Below, in pieces: positions 18,369 to 29,147 of a stretch of 64,000 nt of DNA (position 1 is its first letter; every line of letters starts with the position of its first letter). The DNA is from a phage. The DNA lies in the sequence record PZ386955.1, one strand, 5' to 3'. The notes under the pieces are model-generated. The model ran no database searches. It was not told the origin of the DNA and was given only the letters and a program-made list of their open reading frames with translations. A program made the position numbers and the translations under genes.

Positions 18369-21244
18369 TGTCAAGAATTAAGCACAGAATTGACAATGTT
18401 TTTCAATTGATCGATGGACATATTCAGTTCTTAGATCGTAATACAGGTTTAACTGTAGATCCTACAGTGCAACACTATGTATTAAACCCACAAAACGTTC
18501 TAGCTAATAACAGACACTTTATAAACTGGACTGCTCAAGAAGGGCAACCAAACGGGGATGCTACAACAGAAGGTCAATCCGTGCTTATTCTTGGTTGCGC
18601 TTATGCATACCTAGCTTCCGGCGATACAAAGTATTTAGACTCTGCTAAAAAATATTGGCAAGCCTATATAGATTACTTCTTTGGTGGTCAACCTATCCCA
18701 GATCCGCCAGCAAAGTATCGCCCTAACTGGATTATTAACGGTAAAGAACCACGTCTTGCACATTATCCTCTTACAGATGATGGCTACCCTACACACGGAG
18801 GTTTTAAGGGTAGCTTAATGACGTGGACTAACGGTAGAACAGTTATTCCTCATGGTGCTCCACATTGGGGAGAATACCTTGACAAAGCATGGTTTGCTTT
18901 TAATGGTAATCTAGGATGGAACTCTGTAAACGCTACAGTATATGCTGTTAATGCAGATGGTACAACAGATTGGTCTAAGAAGGGAGATCAATGGGATGTT
19001 GATTGGATCATTGATCGTCTAGGACGTAAAGTTGACTGGGATGGGAATATCTTAGAAGAAGGTTTTCCAACATCTCAATACGGAACAGTTCAACTAAAAA
19101 ATACTTCTGTAAACGGTACATATAAATTTAACTACGCGACTTGTAACCCTGTTGAACACGGTGGTTATTTAATGGAGCGTAACACTATGTGGCATAACAG
19201 ACCAGTTAACGTTCCGGTAGAAATGGGCTTTCAGGATAATGCGTCAGATGCCGAAACTTGGTGGTGTGATGCTAATTACCTGATGTACCAAATTACAGGA
19301 GAAAGAAAATATTGGCTATGCTGGCAGTCTTCACTGTTAGTGTGTCAAGATTACTCAAACATTGATATGTTTGATAAATTCTTCCGTAAGTCTACATATG
19401 CAACTATTCCGTTTACAGATGGCATCTCTTACGATTATTCGTACCCATCTACAGCGATACCTAAATATTCAAGAGATACTTTAGGTTATATTGTTATTAG
19501 ACAAGATGTTGCTGCTCAAACAACATTAGAACAGCAATCTATTTGGTTTAAAGTTGATCAGAACTCTAAGTTACGAGTCCAGTTTCAAGGTGTAGATGAC
19601 GCAGGACATGGTATTCTTTTCCGTCCAGAGTTGGAATTAAGTAAGACCAAAGATGAAAATAACACAGTAACTTACCGCTGTGGCTTACCACTAGGTACAG
19701 CTAATATGACAAGCATGGATATTCCACTATCCAGCTTTATGAGAAGTACCCCTCCAAATGGTGGAACATATATTATCGCAGATCCGCGAATTATTGTTGA
19801 CTGGGGTGACAATACTGTGGTACAATATAAGTATGTAACAGGTATTGCTGGAACTAATAATGACCAGATTGTTACTGCATCAATGGATACGGATGGTGGT
19901 GTTACTGTTGGTTTTTGGTTAACTCCTACATCAAAAGCTAATGTTAAGTCTATTACATATAGAACATATGAAGATGACTTTAACATGACTATCACGGATG
20001 CTCAAGGTTGGAGATGGTGGGCTATGCTGCCTAAAACGCAAGGGGCATGGAGTACGAAGACTTTATCAGCCTCTGCTTTTAAGTTAAGTGCTTACCAGCC
20101 TAATCATCCAGAAACAGATCCTAAACCTTCAGCAATAAATCTTACTGCTGTAGATCAGGTAAATTTAGTTCTTGATACGGCTCCTGTCAATGGTTTAACA
20201 GGAACAATAGATTTCTATTGTATTAACGATGTACCTGAAAGATATTCGTCATCTTCTGGTGATGATTATACCATGTACTTCCGTATTACTGTACAGGCTT
20301 CAAGTCCTCATACTGCTAAGTTAGGTGATTGTACTATTATTGACTATAAGTTAAATAGTCTTAATTACACACCAGGAATAATTCCATTCTCTAATATCAG
20401 TGACCCAAACACTGCATTATACGATGGATGGCGTGGTATTCCATACCCAGGATACCAGTATCCTTCCTTATACTGTTTCGCAGGTAGGGATATTGATTGG
20501 ACACGTTTAAACAACAGTATTGATTTCTTGTATGATGCTCAAATGTGGTTTTATAACACGTTTGATCCTGTGATGCCTGGGCCTATGGCACAAGCATATG
20601 TGTGGGATCGTTGGGATGCAAGGAAATACGGTGAACCTAATACGTTTACAATGAAACACTGGAATGAAAAAGCGTGGGATGGTTATGAAGCTCGTGCATT
20701 CTACTGTGCTTGTCATGCTGTATACGAACTTGTACAAAGAGGAGAAACACCTCCTGAAAAACTAGTAACTGTTTGTAAAAATTGGATCAACTACCTTAAA
20801 TGGTTCCAAGACAATAATGATGGAAGAACACCAACTATCTTTAACCCAGATGGTACAGTTCTTGCGCCTATAGATGACTTTACTAGTCATATGTCTGCAC
20901 TGTTTATGGCGGGTTGTTCAATCATGGGCTTGGCAGGTTATGATTCACAAATTCCAAACATTGGTATTGTAGCAGACAGATGTTTTGATCTGATTCAGCA
21001 AAACTATATTGTGCTTTCCCCTAACCATCCGATGAATGGTTCCTGGAGTGTTGCACCGCGTCCAGATTCAGATAACGGAATGTTCTTTGGTTTCCATGCT
21101 GGAGAACTATTACGTGGTTTTGGTTTATATGCTTTATATCGTAAACTAAATCCTCAAAACGCCTTACCAATTTTGGACAATAGTAACATACCGACACTAA
21201 CTGTTCTAACTATGAATGATATTAGTGTTGATGTAACCAAATAA
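18368..21244 (+). CDS. Large virion protein (958 aa), probable baseplate/fibre component
   Basis: Long Trp/Tyr-rich ORF in the baseplate-fibre block, coupled to the upstream gene (ATGA overlap). Confidence 0.45.
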   Translation: MSRIKHRIDNVFQLIDGHIQFLDRNTGLTVDPTVQHYVLNPQNVLANNRHFINWTAQEGQPNGDATTEGQSVLILGCAYAYLASGDTKYLDSAKKYWQAYIDYFFGGQPIPDPPAKYRPNWIINGKEPRLAHYPLTDDGYPTHGGFKGSLMTWTNGRTVIPHGAPHWGEYLDKAWFAFNGNLGWNSVNATVYAVNADGTTDWSKKGDQWDVDWIIDRLGRKVDWDGNILEEGFPTSQYGTVQLKNTSVNGTYKFNYATCNPVEHGGYLMERNTMWHNRPVNVPVEMGFQDNASDAETWWCDANYLMYQITGERKYWLCWQSSLLVCQDYSNIDMFDKFFRKSTYATIPFTDGISYDYSYPSTAIPKYSRDTLGYIVIRQDVAAQTTLEQQSIWFKVDQNSKLRVQFQGVDDAGHGILFRPELELSKTKDENNTVTYRCGLPLGTANMTSMDIPLSSFMRSTPPNGGTYIIADPRIIVDWGDNTVVQYKYVTGIAGTNNDQIVTASMDTDGGVTVGFWLTPTSKANVKSITYRTYEDDFNMTITDAQGWRWWAMLPKTQGAWSTKTLSASAFKLSAYQPNHPETDPKPSAINLTAVDQVNLVLDTAPVNGLTGTIDFYCINDVPERYSSSSGDDYTMYFRITVQASSPHTAKLGDCTIIDYKLNSLNYTPGIIPFSNISDPNTALYDGWRGIPYPGYQYPSLYCFAGRDIDWTRLNNSIDFLYDAQMWFYNTFDPVMPGPMAQAYVWDRWDARKYGEPNTFTMKHWNEKAWDGYEARAFYCACHAVYELVQRGETPPEKLVTVCKNWINYLKWFQDNNDGRTPTIFNPDGTVLAPIDDFTSHMSALFMAGCSIMGLAGYDSQIPNIGIVADRCFDLIQQNYIVLSPNHPMNGSWSVAPRPDSDNGMFFGFHAGELLRGFGLYALYRKLNPQNALPILDNSNIPTLTVLTMNDISVDVTK

Positions 21245-21252
21245 GGAAAATA

Positions 21253-23412
21253 ATGAAACAGGCTATTTTTACTGTAACTCGAAATACGAGAGTAAATGCC
21301 AGTTCATTCAGCTATAAGACCGTCGATGGAACGGCGGTCGCTGGTAGAGATTATGTAGCTAAACAGGGAACAGTAACGTTCCCTTCTGATGCAGATTCTG
21401 CTACTGTAGTGGTTGATGTATATGAACGTCCGGCAAACTCTTTAGATCTTTATTTTACTCTTGAGATTACTAGCATAAGTCAAAATAACATGATGATCAA
21501 CGAAGAAATTCGTTGTGTTATTACGACTGATCAATCGAATACAACCCCGCTAACTTGGCCTGTTGTGAAGTCTAGAATGTTTGATCCTAAGTTTTGGACA
21601 ATAGATTCTCAAGCAACAGAAAGTTGTTCTATTATCTCTAATGGTGATTCTTTCACAGCAAGAATGGTTAATAGGACAGTGGCTGGTCTTGCTGGGATTA
21701 TTTGGTCAACTTACGATAAATATGATCACAAAGGATTAGGCTACCAAGAACATTCTGACTTAAGTAAAGAGAAACTTTGGTTTAAAATGGAACTTAGTCA
21801 AGGTGTTCCTGGATTAAAAGAAGAAAAATTAATACCATCCTTAACAGTGACACTGAAGGATGAAACAGTTCATTATGTATCTCTAAACTTTTATGCAGAA
21901 GAAGTTTCAGAAGATGGTAAGACAGCAACAATCAAACTAGATTTCTCAAATTTAAAATCTGGGCCAGAAAATGATATTGTTGTTGACACTACACAGATAG
22001 ATAATATGTTCTTCTCCTTGATCTCCACAAGGTATCAAGAAATTGAAGATATTATTCCTGTAGACAATGTGGATCTTTCCTTTAAGTTTACCATACTGGA
22101 GCCTGATACTGGTTACAGTATGATGAATATGGGTAATTTAAATGTTCCGGCGCACACCATAAGAATGTGTACATCTTATGATGATATGTATAACCTAACC
22201 CCGGAGCGAGTTATTTCTAACACCTATAGATTAGGTTATAGAGATATGATTAACCATTATAATGGTATGTCACATTATTATCAATTTAGTTGGGACGCTG
22301 GCTCTAATAAATGGGCTTTGAACAGAACAGAATATTTAAACCCAGCAACAGAAGCCTGGTTTGATAACTTCCACGCTAATGCAAAAGCTATGGGCTACAC
22401 AGTAATGAACTCCTTAAGTTTTGAACTTATGAGTACAGTGTGTCCCGTAGAATGGGTACAACATACTTGGAATGATGATCTGGCTGCTACAGGTTATGAG
22501 CCACCAAGTTATGTTTTATCTCCTTCAATTGATGAAGGGATGAATTATTTACAAGGTGTAATAAATAAGATAGCTTCTATATCCGCTGCTAATGATCTTC
22601 CGGTTATTATTCAGGTTGGTGAACCGTGGTGGTGGTATAACACAGCTACCAATCTCCCGTGTATTTATGATTATACAACCAAAGTTGCATTTAATAATGA
22701 AACTGGATTGTATGCACAAGATGTTGGTACAGTTAAAAATTATAAAACTGGTACACCATATGATGAATATTATGCATTCCTATCTAAAACATTAGGACTG
22801 CGTGTTGCTAAATTTGCAACAGATACCAGATTAGCATACCCTGGAGCGAAAGTTACATTGTTACCATTTGTACCATCCATCTTAGGTAATGGTATGATGG
22901 AGTTTGTTAACTTCCCTAAAGATTATTATATTCCAGAAAACTTTGACTTTTATTGTTCAGAATGTTATGACTGGTTGTTGGAAGGCAAGATGGAAAGATC
23001 TTTCGACGCTATCACAATACCTAATGAGCAACTAGGTTTTAGTTATGATAAGATACATTATCTTGCAGGGTTTGTTCCAGACGCAACTCTAGCACCATTA
23101 TATGGCTTTGATCCTGAATCAAACTATAGAACATATTTGTGGAAAATGATTATAGGCAATATTGTCTTGAATGACCAGAAGTTTGTTGGTTTATATCAAT
23201 ACATATGGGCTTACCCACAAATAATGCATGATTCAATAACTGTTCTTAATTCAAAATCCCAAGTGTTTTATATGGGTAATGTGCCTTTGAATTGCTACTT
23301 GCAAGATATCACTCTTAAACAGGTAAATGTTGAGATTGCCACTATAAGTGGAATTACATTAGCCACTAAATCTGGAGAAGATTTAGTAACAACACAAAAA
23401 TTTTATATATAG
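21253..23412 (+). CDS. Large virion protein (719 aa), probable fibre/spike component
   Basis: Long Trp-rich ORF in the fibre block; no recognisable catalytic motif. Confidence 0.45.
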   Translation: MKQAIFTVTRNTRVNASSFSYKTVDGTAVAGRDYVAKQGTVTFPSDADSATVVVDVYERPANSLDLYFTLEITSISQNNMMINEEIRCVITTDQSNTTPLTWPVVKSRMFDPKFWTIDSQATESCSIISNGDSFTARMVNRTVAGLAGIIWSTYDKYDHKGLGYQEHSDLSKEKLWFKMELSQGVPGLKEEKLIPSLTVTLKDETVHYVSLNFYAEEVSEDGKTATIKLDFSNLKSGPENDIVVDTTQIDNMFFSLISTRYQEIEDIIPVDNVDLSFKFTILEPDTGYSMMNMGNLNVPAHTIRMCTSYDDMYNLTPERVISNTYRLGYRDMINHYNGMSHYYQFSWDAGSNKWALNRTEYLNPATEAWFDNFHANAKAMGYTVMNSLSFELMSTVCPVEWVQHTWNDDLAATGYEPPSYVLSPSIDEGMNYLQGVINKIASISAANDLPVIIQVGEPWWWYNTATNLPCIYDYTTKVAFNNETGLYAQDVGTVKNYKTGTPYDEYYAFLSKTLGLRVAKFATDTRLAYPGAKVTLLPFVPSILGNGMMEFVNFPKDYYIPENFDFYCSECYDWLLEGKMERSFDAITIPNEQLGFSYDKIHYLAGFVPDATLAPLYGFDPESNYRTYLWKMIIGNIVLNDQKFVGLYQYIWAYPQIMHDSITVLNSKSQVFYMGNVPLNCYLQDITLKQVNVEIATISGITLATKSGEDLVTTQKFYI

Positions 23413-23420
23413 GAGTAAAA

Positions 23421-25019
23421 ATGTCAACTACAATTACTAATTTACCCGAAACATCAAAAGTTAATGGTTCTGATTACCTGGTTTTAGACCAACCTGATAA
23501 GACTGTTAAAAGCACAGTTTCCAACTTTCTTACTGACACTGGGGTGGTTTTAGCCACCCAGTTGAAAGATACAGATGGTGCACAGTTGGTTGGATTCGGC
23601 CCTGGGCATACAGTTGCGGACTTAAAAAGTCCGACCACGGCAAACGGTGATGCCTTAATTCCAGTTGTTCAGCCGTACCCAAATGCTGTAGTAACCACTG
23701 TTCATGAGAAGATGGACGAGATTAAAACTGTAGTAGATTGGGGAGCCGTCAGTGACGTAGAGTCATCATCGGCTGCACAAAAGATGGTTGATGATACGGG
23801 AACATTAATTGTACCTGCTGGATTTAATTTGGTTGCTAAAAATATAAATATCTCCAGCGCCGACAAAGTGTTCATTTACGGAAAAATGACTTTACCGTCT
23901 GGATGTGTAGATTTTGACCGAGCCTTGTATGCGTACAGCAACACGCGGGGTCTTCAGGTGTATATTAACGAAATAGACGGTAATAAGGCTGGTCAGTCCG
24001 GCGATAACGTAGGCACACATTTATTGTATTTAATACAATGCCAGAAAGTGAATGTATACGTTAAGTACGCGCACAGTAACTACTTCAGCCGTACCTATAC
24101 GCCTGTACCGTCCCCCGATGGATTCCGTACTGAATCAGCTGGTGCCTTGTTCTTCCATGAATGCCACTACTCTCAATTCATCGCTGACAGAATTGAGAAT
24201 TGGGGTCGTGAAGGTATTATGGCTAATAAAACCAACTACTCCGTAATGGCGCTAGGTTTAGCGTTAGGTGATGCTAGTTCCAACGGGCAGGAGTACAGCG
24301 GCTTCCAATTTTCCGGTGACTACAATAACCTGCTATATGCTAATGTAGAGAACTCCGGTGCAAGCGGGGGTAGCTTTGACTGTCGTTATAGCCATGCTGG
24401 TACTATCAAGGTTATTAGAAACAAGTACTTTGGAAGCGTCGGATTTGGCCATTCTAATTCCCCTGCTGAGTACAACGTGATTGATTGTATCATTAGCATT
24501 AACTCCGCTGCTAACGGTTTCCAGTTTGCAGCCAACAGCAATAACAACCGAGTACTATCTGCAACCGTAATAAGTCCAGCGGCTGTAGGCATAAACCAGT
24601 CAGACGGCGCTGATAACAATAGTGTTGACAACTTCACAGTTAAAGACCCAGGAGCCTATCACGTAACAGCTTTTAACTCTACGTTAACGCTAACTAACGG
24701 CGACTTAACAAGCAACGCCAACAACAAGACCAGGCTAAACGCCGTAGGGACAGGAAAGTTCATACTCAGAAACGTTCGCTTAGACCCAGAAAAACCACTC
24801 CATATGCGCGCCTTCAATGGTTTAGCCGGAAACTCTAGGGCAGATATAGTAGACGCAAACATAAATGTTTGGTCACATATAATTATTGTACCCGCTAATG
24901 CAAATGGGGCGTTGGCAAATGCCTATGTAGCAGCAGTTAATAACGGCTCTTGCACTATAGCTACCGCTTCTGGTTCTCCTGCTGGGTCGGGGGCTAGTTT
25001 TAGGTATATGGTGGTTTAA
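23421..25019 (+). CDS. Tailspike / receptor-binding protein (beta-helix-like), compositionally distinct
   Basis: N-terminal anchor motif (ITNLPETSKVNGSDYLVLDQPDKTVKSTVS); Asn/Gly/Ser-rich repeats; central and C-terminal part visibly richer in G/C than neighbours. Confidence 0.5.
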   Translation: MSTTITNLPETSKVNGSDYLVLDQPDKTVKSTVSNFLTDTGVVLATQLKDTDGAQLVGFGPGHTVADLKSPTTANGDALIPVVQPYPNAVVTTVHEKMDEIKTVVDWGAVSDVESSSAAQKMVDDTGTLIVPAGFNLVAKNINISSADKVFIYGKMTLPSGCVDFDRALYAYSNTRGLQVYINEIDGNKAGQSGDNVGTHLLYLIQCQKVNVYVKYAHSNYFSRTYTPVPSPDGFRTESAGALFFHECHYSQFIADRIENWGREGIMANKTNYSVMALGLALGDASSNGQEYSGFQFSGDYNNLLYANVENSGASGGSFDCRYSHAGTIKVIRNKYFGSVGFGHSNSPAEYNVIDCIISINSAANGFQFAANSNNNRVLSATVISPAAVGINQSDGADNNSVDNFTVKDPGAYHVTAFNSTLTLTNGDLTSNANNKTRLNAVGTGKFILRNVRLDPEKPLHMRAFNGLAGNSRADIVDANINVWSHIIIVPANANGALANAYVAAVNNGSCTIATASGSPAGSGASFRYMVV

Positions 25020-25026
25020 TTTATTT

Positions 25027-25049
25027 CCCCCTCTTCGGAGGGGTTTACT
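25027..25049 (+). terminator. Rho-independent terminator after the tailspike gene
   Basis: CCCCCTC-TTCG-GAGGGG hairpin followed by TTTACT. Confidence 0.5.
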
Positions 25050-25069
25050 AGAAAAACAATGAGGTTTAT

Positions 25070-25219
25070 ATGAACGAAATGTTCTCGCAAGGCGGTATTG
25101 CCCCAGGTATTACTGCCATTAGTCTTAGTGCTGCTGTACTTGTGCATTCAGCGGGTTCTGTAGACCTTGGGGAATTAGCTGTATCTCGTGATTTAAAAAG
25201 TAATGAGAACGCACTATGA
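25070..25219 (+). CDS. Small hydrophobic protein (49 aa), not in ORF track
   Basis: ATG with GAGG RBS; MNEMFSQGGIAPGITAISLSAAVLVHSAGSV...; stop overlaps next start (ATGA). Confidence 0.3.
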   Translation: MNEMFSQGGIAPGITAISLSAAVLVHSAGSVDLGELAVSRDLKSNENAL

Positions 25220-25461
25220 GAAAATTTTTAATAGGTATGTTCTGTACATATCCTGATAATAAAGTCAGTTCTACTAAAGTTTGGAATGCTATTGGTATGA
25301 TTGTTATGTCCAGTATGTTTATTTATTTGGGAATTGATAAAGAAATTCCTGAATGGATGGGCTGGGCTTTTGTTTTTATGATCACACCATCCAGACTAAT
25401 GAAGAATTTAATAGATTTACGTTGGGGCAGATCACCTGCCCCTGATAAGGAGGATAACTAA
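25216..25461 (+). CDS. Small membrane protein (two predicted TM helices)
   Basis: 81 aa with hydrophobic stretches IGMIVMSSMFIYLGI and WMGWAFVFMI; coupled to neighbours. Confidence 0.4.
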   Translation: MRKFLIGMFCTYPDNKVSSTKVWNAIGMIVMSSMFIYLGIDKEIPEWMGWAFVFMITPSRLMKNLIDLRWGRSPAPDKEDN

Positions 25462-26948
25462 TGGCAGATTATGGTTTAACAGATGCTGGTTTTGTAATTC
25501 CAACGTTTGATGATATTTTAAATAATTATATGACAGCATTGAAAAACACTTTCGGTGCAGATACAGCTACATCTGAAGATACTGTCTTTGGTCAACTGTT
25601 CCGTATTATTGCATACACAGATTACACCCTTTGGGAAGGTATGCAAGGTGTTTACAATACCCAAACCTTAGATGGTGCAGAAGGTATTTACCTTGATGAA
25701 ATCTTCTCTAAAAGAGGTTTTTATCGTAAAGCTGCTTCTGCTGGTAGTGGTTATGCTTATGTTAAATCTAACAATAAGGCAGCTTGGACTTATGAACTAA
25801 GCACAGATGTTTATTTTAATGCCGATAACGATTTGACATATTATGTCAGTGCACCAACAATGTTGAATGCTAAGATTGGAGCATATACCATTTCTAAAGC
25901 AAACGCAACAGCTTCTGGTGAAACTTCTATTACTTTCTACATTCAAAGTGCTATTGATGGTGGTCTTAACAGTAAAACACTAAGTCCTAGCAATACAAAC
26001 TTTATTTTAGATCTCACAAATTTCATTAAAGCTAACGTATCAACAACAGATCGTGCTTTAGTATGGAATGATGCTAGTAATGTTTATATGGGTTATAATC
26101 CAGAAGATAATGTTAACCCAATAGGTCTAGTAACACCAGTGAAATTTTACGCATCTATTGCAATAGGTACAAAATGGAGTGAAATTCCAGTTACGTGTTC
26201 AGACGTTGGTTATAATCCAGTAGGTACAGAAAGTATCACAGGTATTTCTTCAACGTTTACAGGCTTTTTAGATACAGGTAACTTCTATCCATTCTCTCCA
26301 GGTACAGATGTTGAAACAGATGCAGAATTCCGCTCTCGTTTCAATGATAATATGGATGAAGCTAATGCTGCTACTCGTGCTGCTATTGTTAAAGCTCTGC
26401 TACTGACAGATGGTGTGACAAAGGTTAAGATTTATGATAACCCTACATTACACGATCAGGAACATGCGCCAGCTATGACATTCCAGACTATTGTGTATGG
26501 TGGTACAGCAGAAGAAGTTGCACAGGTTATTTATAATACTAAGCCTATTAACACCTTAACCTATGGTACAACAGCAATTACTATCGTAACAGAAGATGGC
26601 GGTCAAGAAGTAATTCGTTTTTCTCCTGGTGACAATGCTGAATATTCACTTAAACTAGTATATCAAACTGGTAATGGTAGTGTGCTAAGTACAACAGAAA
26701 GGGAAAATATTGTTTCTGCTCTTGCAAACTTACAGGCTTATTTTGAATTAGGGTCAACAGTAACTAACGACCAGATAAAAGGTGTAATTTATTCTGCACT
26801 TGCGTTCGGACGCTTGACTTCTCTCCGTGTTTATGTTAAACTTAATACTGAGGATGACAGTAAATATAATGAGGGAGATATCACTCCAGCGTACAATGTT
26901 GTACCATCCTTTGACCTTGATAATATTTCCTACGAGTACGGAGTCTAA
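25461..26948 (+). CDS. Baseplate J-like protein (P2 gpJ / Mu gp47 family)
   Basis: N-terminal pattern (LTDAGFVIPTFDDIL...FGADTATSEDTVFGQLFRIIAY...GIYLDEI) typical of baseplate J; followed by gpI-like and fibre genes. Confidence 0.5.
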   Translation: MADYGLTDAGFVIPTFDDILNNYMTALKNTFGADTATSEDTVFGQLFRIIAYTDYTLWEGMQGVYNTQTLDGAEGIYLDEIFSKRGFYRKAASAGSGYAYVKSNNKAAWTYELSTDVYFNADNDLTYYVSAPTMLNAKIGAYTISKANATASGETSITFYIQSAIDGGLNSKTLSPSNTNFILDLTNFIKANVSTTDRALVWNDASNVYMGYNPEDNVNPIGLVTPVKFYASIAIGTKWSEIPVTCSDVGYNPVGTESITGISSTFTGFLDTGNFYPFSPGTDVETDAEFRSRFNDNMDEANAATRAAIVKALLLTDGVTKVKIYDNPTLHDQEHAPAMTFQTIVYGGTAEEVAQVIYNTKPINTLTYGTTAITIVTEDGGQEVIRFSPGDNAEYSLKLVYQTGNGSVLSTTERENIVSALANLQAYFELGSTVTNDQIKGVIYSALAFGRLTSLRVYVKLNTEDDSKYNEGDITPAYNVVPSFDLDNISYEYGV

Positions 26949-26950
26949 AA

Positions 26951-27580
26951 ATGGCAGTGAGTGTTGACCATGTGACAACGTGGGATAGTATCAATGAAGA
27001 TGTTAAAGACCTACTGATTGAAGATTTTAAATCTTCTCCGAACATTGTCAAACTACTCTATATCATTTCTAGCGAAAAACAAAAGATAGATCAGGCAATG
27101 ATCTATCTTGCCAAACACCGCTTAATCTCTACTGCAACTGGTAAGTATTTAGATCTTATTGGTGAAGAAATGGGGATGGAAAGAAATGGTGCTACAGATG
27201 AAGAGTATCGTACAATATTAAAAATCAGGGCTTATCGTGTTGCGTCTTCTGGTACGCGAGATGATATCATTGATATGTTCGCTCGTTTTACAGGAACAGA
27301 AAAAGAAACGATCAATACATACGTTGGATTAAATAAAACATTCGACGTATTCTTTTATAATTTGTGTCTACAATCCGATCAGGCAGTAGCACAGTTACTT
27401 AACGTTTTCCCGATCCTAAGTAGTTATCGCTTAGGTGCGAAAGCGGGTTCAGCCTTTGGTTTCACTTCCTATTATGCCACAAAGCCACCTCATGGTATAG
27501 GTGGTTTAGGTTCTCTTTACACAGAGGCTGAAGGAGATGACACAGGGCGAATGACTATGCTGATAGCTCAAATAGAATAA
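26951..27580 (+). CDS. Baseplate protein (P2 gpI-like position)
   Basis: 209-aa ORF between J-like gene and tail fibre gene; synteny only. Confidence 0.4.
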   Translation: MAVSVDHVTTWDSINEDVKDLLIEDFKSSPNIVKLLYIISSEKQKIDQAMIYLAKHRLISTATGKYLDLIGEEMGMERNGATDEEYRTILKIRAYRVASSGTRDDIIDMFARFTGTEKETINTYVGLNKTFDVFFYNLCLQSDQAVAQLLNVFPILSSYRLGAKAGSAFGFTSYYATKPPHGIGGLGSLYTEAEGDDTGRMTMLIAQIE

Positions 27581-27593
27581 GGAGTTACTCTTA

Positions 27594-28574
27594 ATGGCAA
27601 AGCCACAATACTACCCTGACTGGGCGACACAAACAGTAACCCTCCCAGGAACGGGAAACACAAACAAGATTAGACCAAAAGAAACCATCCGTAATGTTGG
27701 TATGGACTTTGGTCAGATTATGACTTGTGAAGAAATGAACTGGATTTTAAACAATATTGGGTCTTGGATTCGCTACATGCAAGATGAATTCTTCCCAACA
27801 TTGCCTACTACATATCTTCCTATAGTCGGTACTAAAATTACAATGGCAGGTGATGCTACAGGTGAAGTTACATGGAATGGTAATGCTGCTGTAACATTAT
27901 CTATTCAAGTCGTAGATAACAGCCATAATCACTTATCAGCTAATATTACAGACGCAACATCAAACCAAGTTGTAGGGAATGTCCTTGTTAAGCGTGATAA
28001 TGGTGGTGCTATCTATGCAGGTGATATTTACACTTGTGGTACAGGTGCTACAGATCCTGCAACATTATTTTTTAGAAACTATAATGGACAAACAGTAGGC
28101 AATATGTCTTCTGAACCAGGTGCAGGTGGTCAACTCTATATTTATAGAATAAATCCATCTACTGGAGGAACATCTTGTGGAGTTCGTTTGTATGATGCAG
28201 GTTATGTTTTAATAGACAATCCTCGTTCTAATTCTGGTCAAGATACTGGTAATGGTAATGCTCTTGTAAGATTAGATTATCTTAACTCAAGACTAAACTC
28301 ATTGCAAAGCACACTGCAAAATAATATTAACAACGTTAATAGCAACTTGCAAGGCCAAATTAATAACATTAACAATAGAGTTTCTTCTGTTGTGTCTTCT
28401 ATCCGTCTAGGTACACGTATTAAAGCTGGTGTATCTGAATCTCCTTTCTATGCTGGTCACGTGATCACAGGTTGGGGTTTTGGTGATAAGAAAGAACTTC
28501 GTGGTGCTTGGTATTGGTCTGCTCCGCTACAATATTACATTAATGGTAGGTGGATAACAGTAACCAACGTTTAG
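27594..28574 (+). CDS. Tail fibre protein
   Basis: 326 aa, Gly/Asn/Thr-rich, located after J/I-like genes. Confidence 0.45.
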   Translation: MAKPQYYPDWATQTVTLPGTGNTNKIRPKETIRNVGMDFGQIMTCEEMNWILNNIGSWIRYMQDEFFPTLPTTYLPIVGTKITMAGDATGEVTWNGNAAVTLSIQVVDNSHNHLSANITDATSNQVVGNVLVKRDNGGAIYAGDIYTCGTGATDPATLFFRNYNGQTVGNMSSEPGAGGQLYIYRINPSTGGTSCGVRLYDAGYVLIDNPRSNSGQDTGNGNALVRLDYLNSRLNSLQSTLQNNINNVNSNLQGQINNINNRVSSVVSSIRLGTRIKAGVSESPFYAGHVITGWGFGDKKELRGAWYWSAPLQYYINGRWITVTNV

Positions 28575-28586
28575 TAAGGAGAACAC

Positions 28587-29138
28587 ATGAAAAAAGATGT
28601 TATTTACACTGGCTTTGAACTATATCAACCAGAATTGACAGAAGAAAATGTCATCTATCTTTCAATAGGTGCTGGTTTTCTTAAAGATAAAGATGGTAAT
28701 GATTGGTACGAAATTCAGAAATATTTATCCAAAAATTACCCTGATGCCTATTTCTTAACTCTAGATCACAACAATGTAGTTGTTGCAGCTACGAAAGATG
28801 TTTCTACATATTTTCCCGCTGGTCTTACTGTTCTTGTAACATACAATGTTCCAGATAAAATAGAAGAAGAAAGCAACCTAGGGTCGTGGAGATATGACAA
28901 TGGTAAGTTTATTTCTCATAATGGGTTTGCAATAGAAGATGCCAACCTTAAAATGGAAAAAGAATTAACTTGGGCCACAAATCAAATATCTGCAATTCAA
29001 GATTTAGAGGAATTACAAGGTTTATCTGAAGAACAAAAAGATTGGTTAGGAAAAGTTAAACTCTATCGTGCAACATTAATTCAAATTAACGTTGAAGATG
29101 CACCTAATATAACTTGGCCTACAAGACCTAAGAAATAG
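28587..29138 (+). CDS. Hypothetical protein (possible tail fibre assembly chaperone)
   Basis: 183-aa ORF immediately downstream of the fibre gene; synteny only. Confidence 0.3.
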   Translation: MKKDVIYTGFELYQPELTEENVIYLSIGAGFLKDKDGNDWYEIQKYLSKNYPDAYFLTLDHNNVVVAATKDVSTYFPAGLTVLVTYNVPDKIEEESNLGSWRYDNGKFISHNGFAIEDANLKMEKELTWATNQISAIQDLEELQGLSEEQKDWLGKVKLYRATLIQINVEDAPNITWPTRPKK

Positions 29139-29147
29139 GGGCAATGT

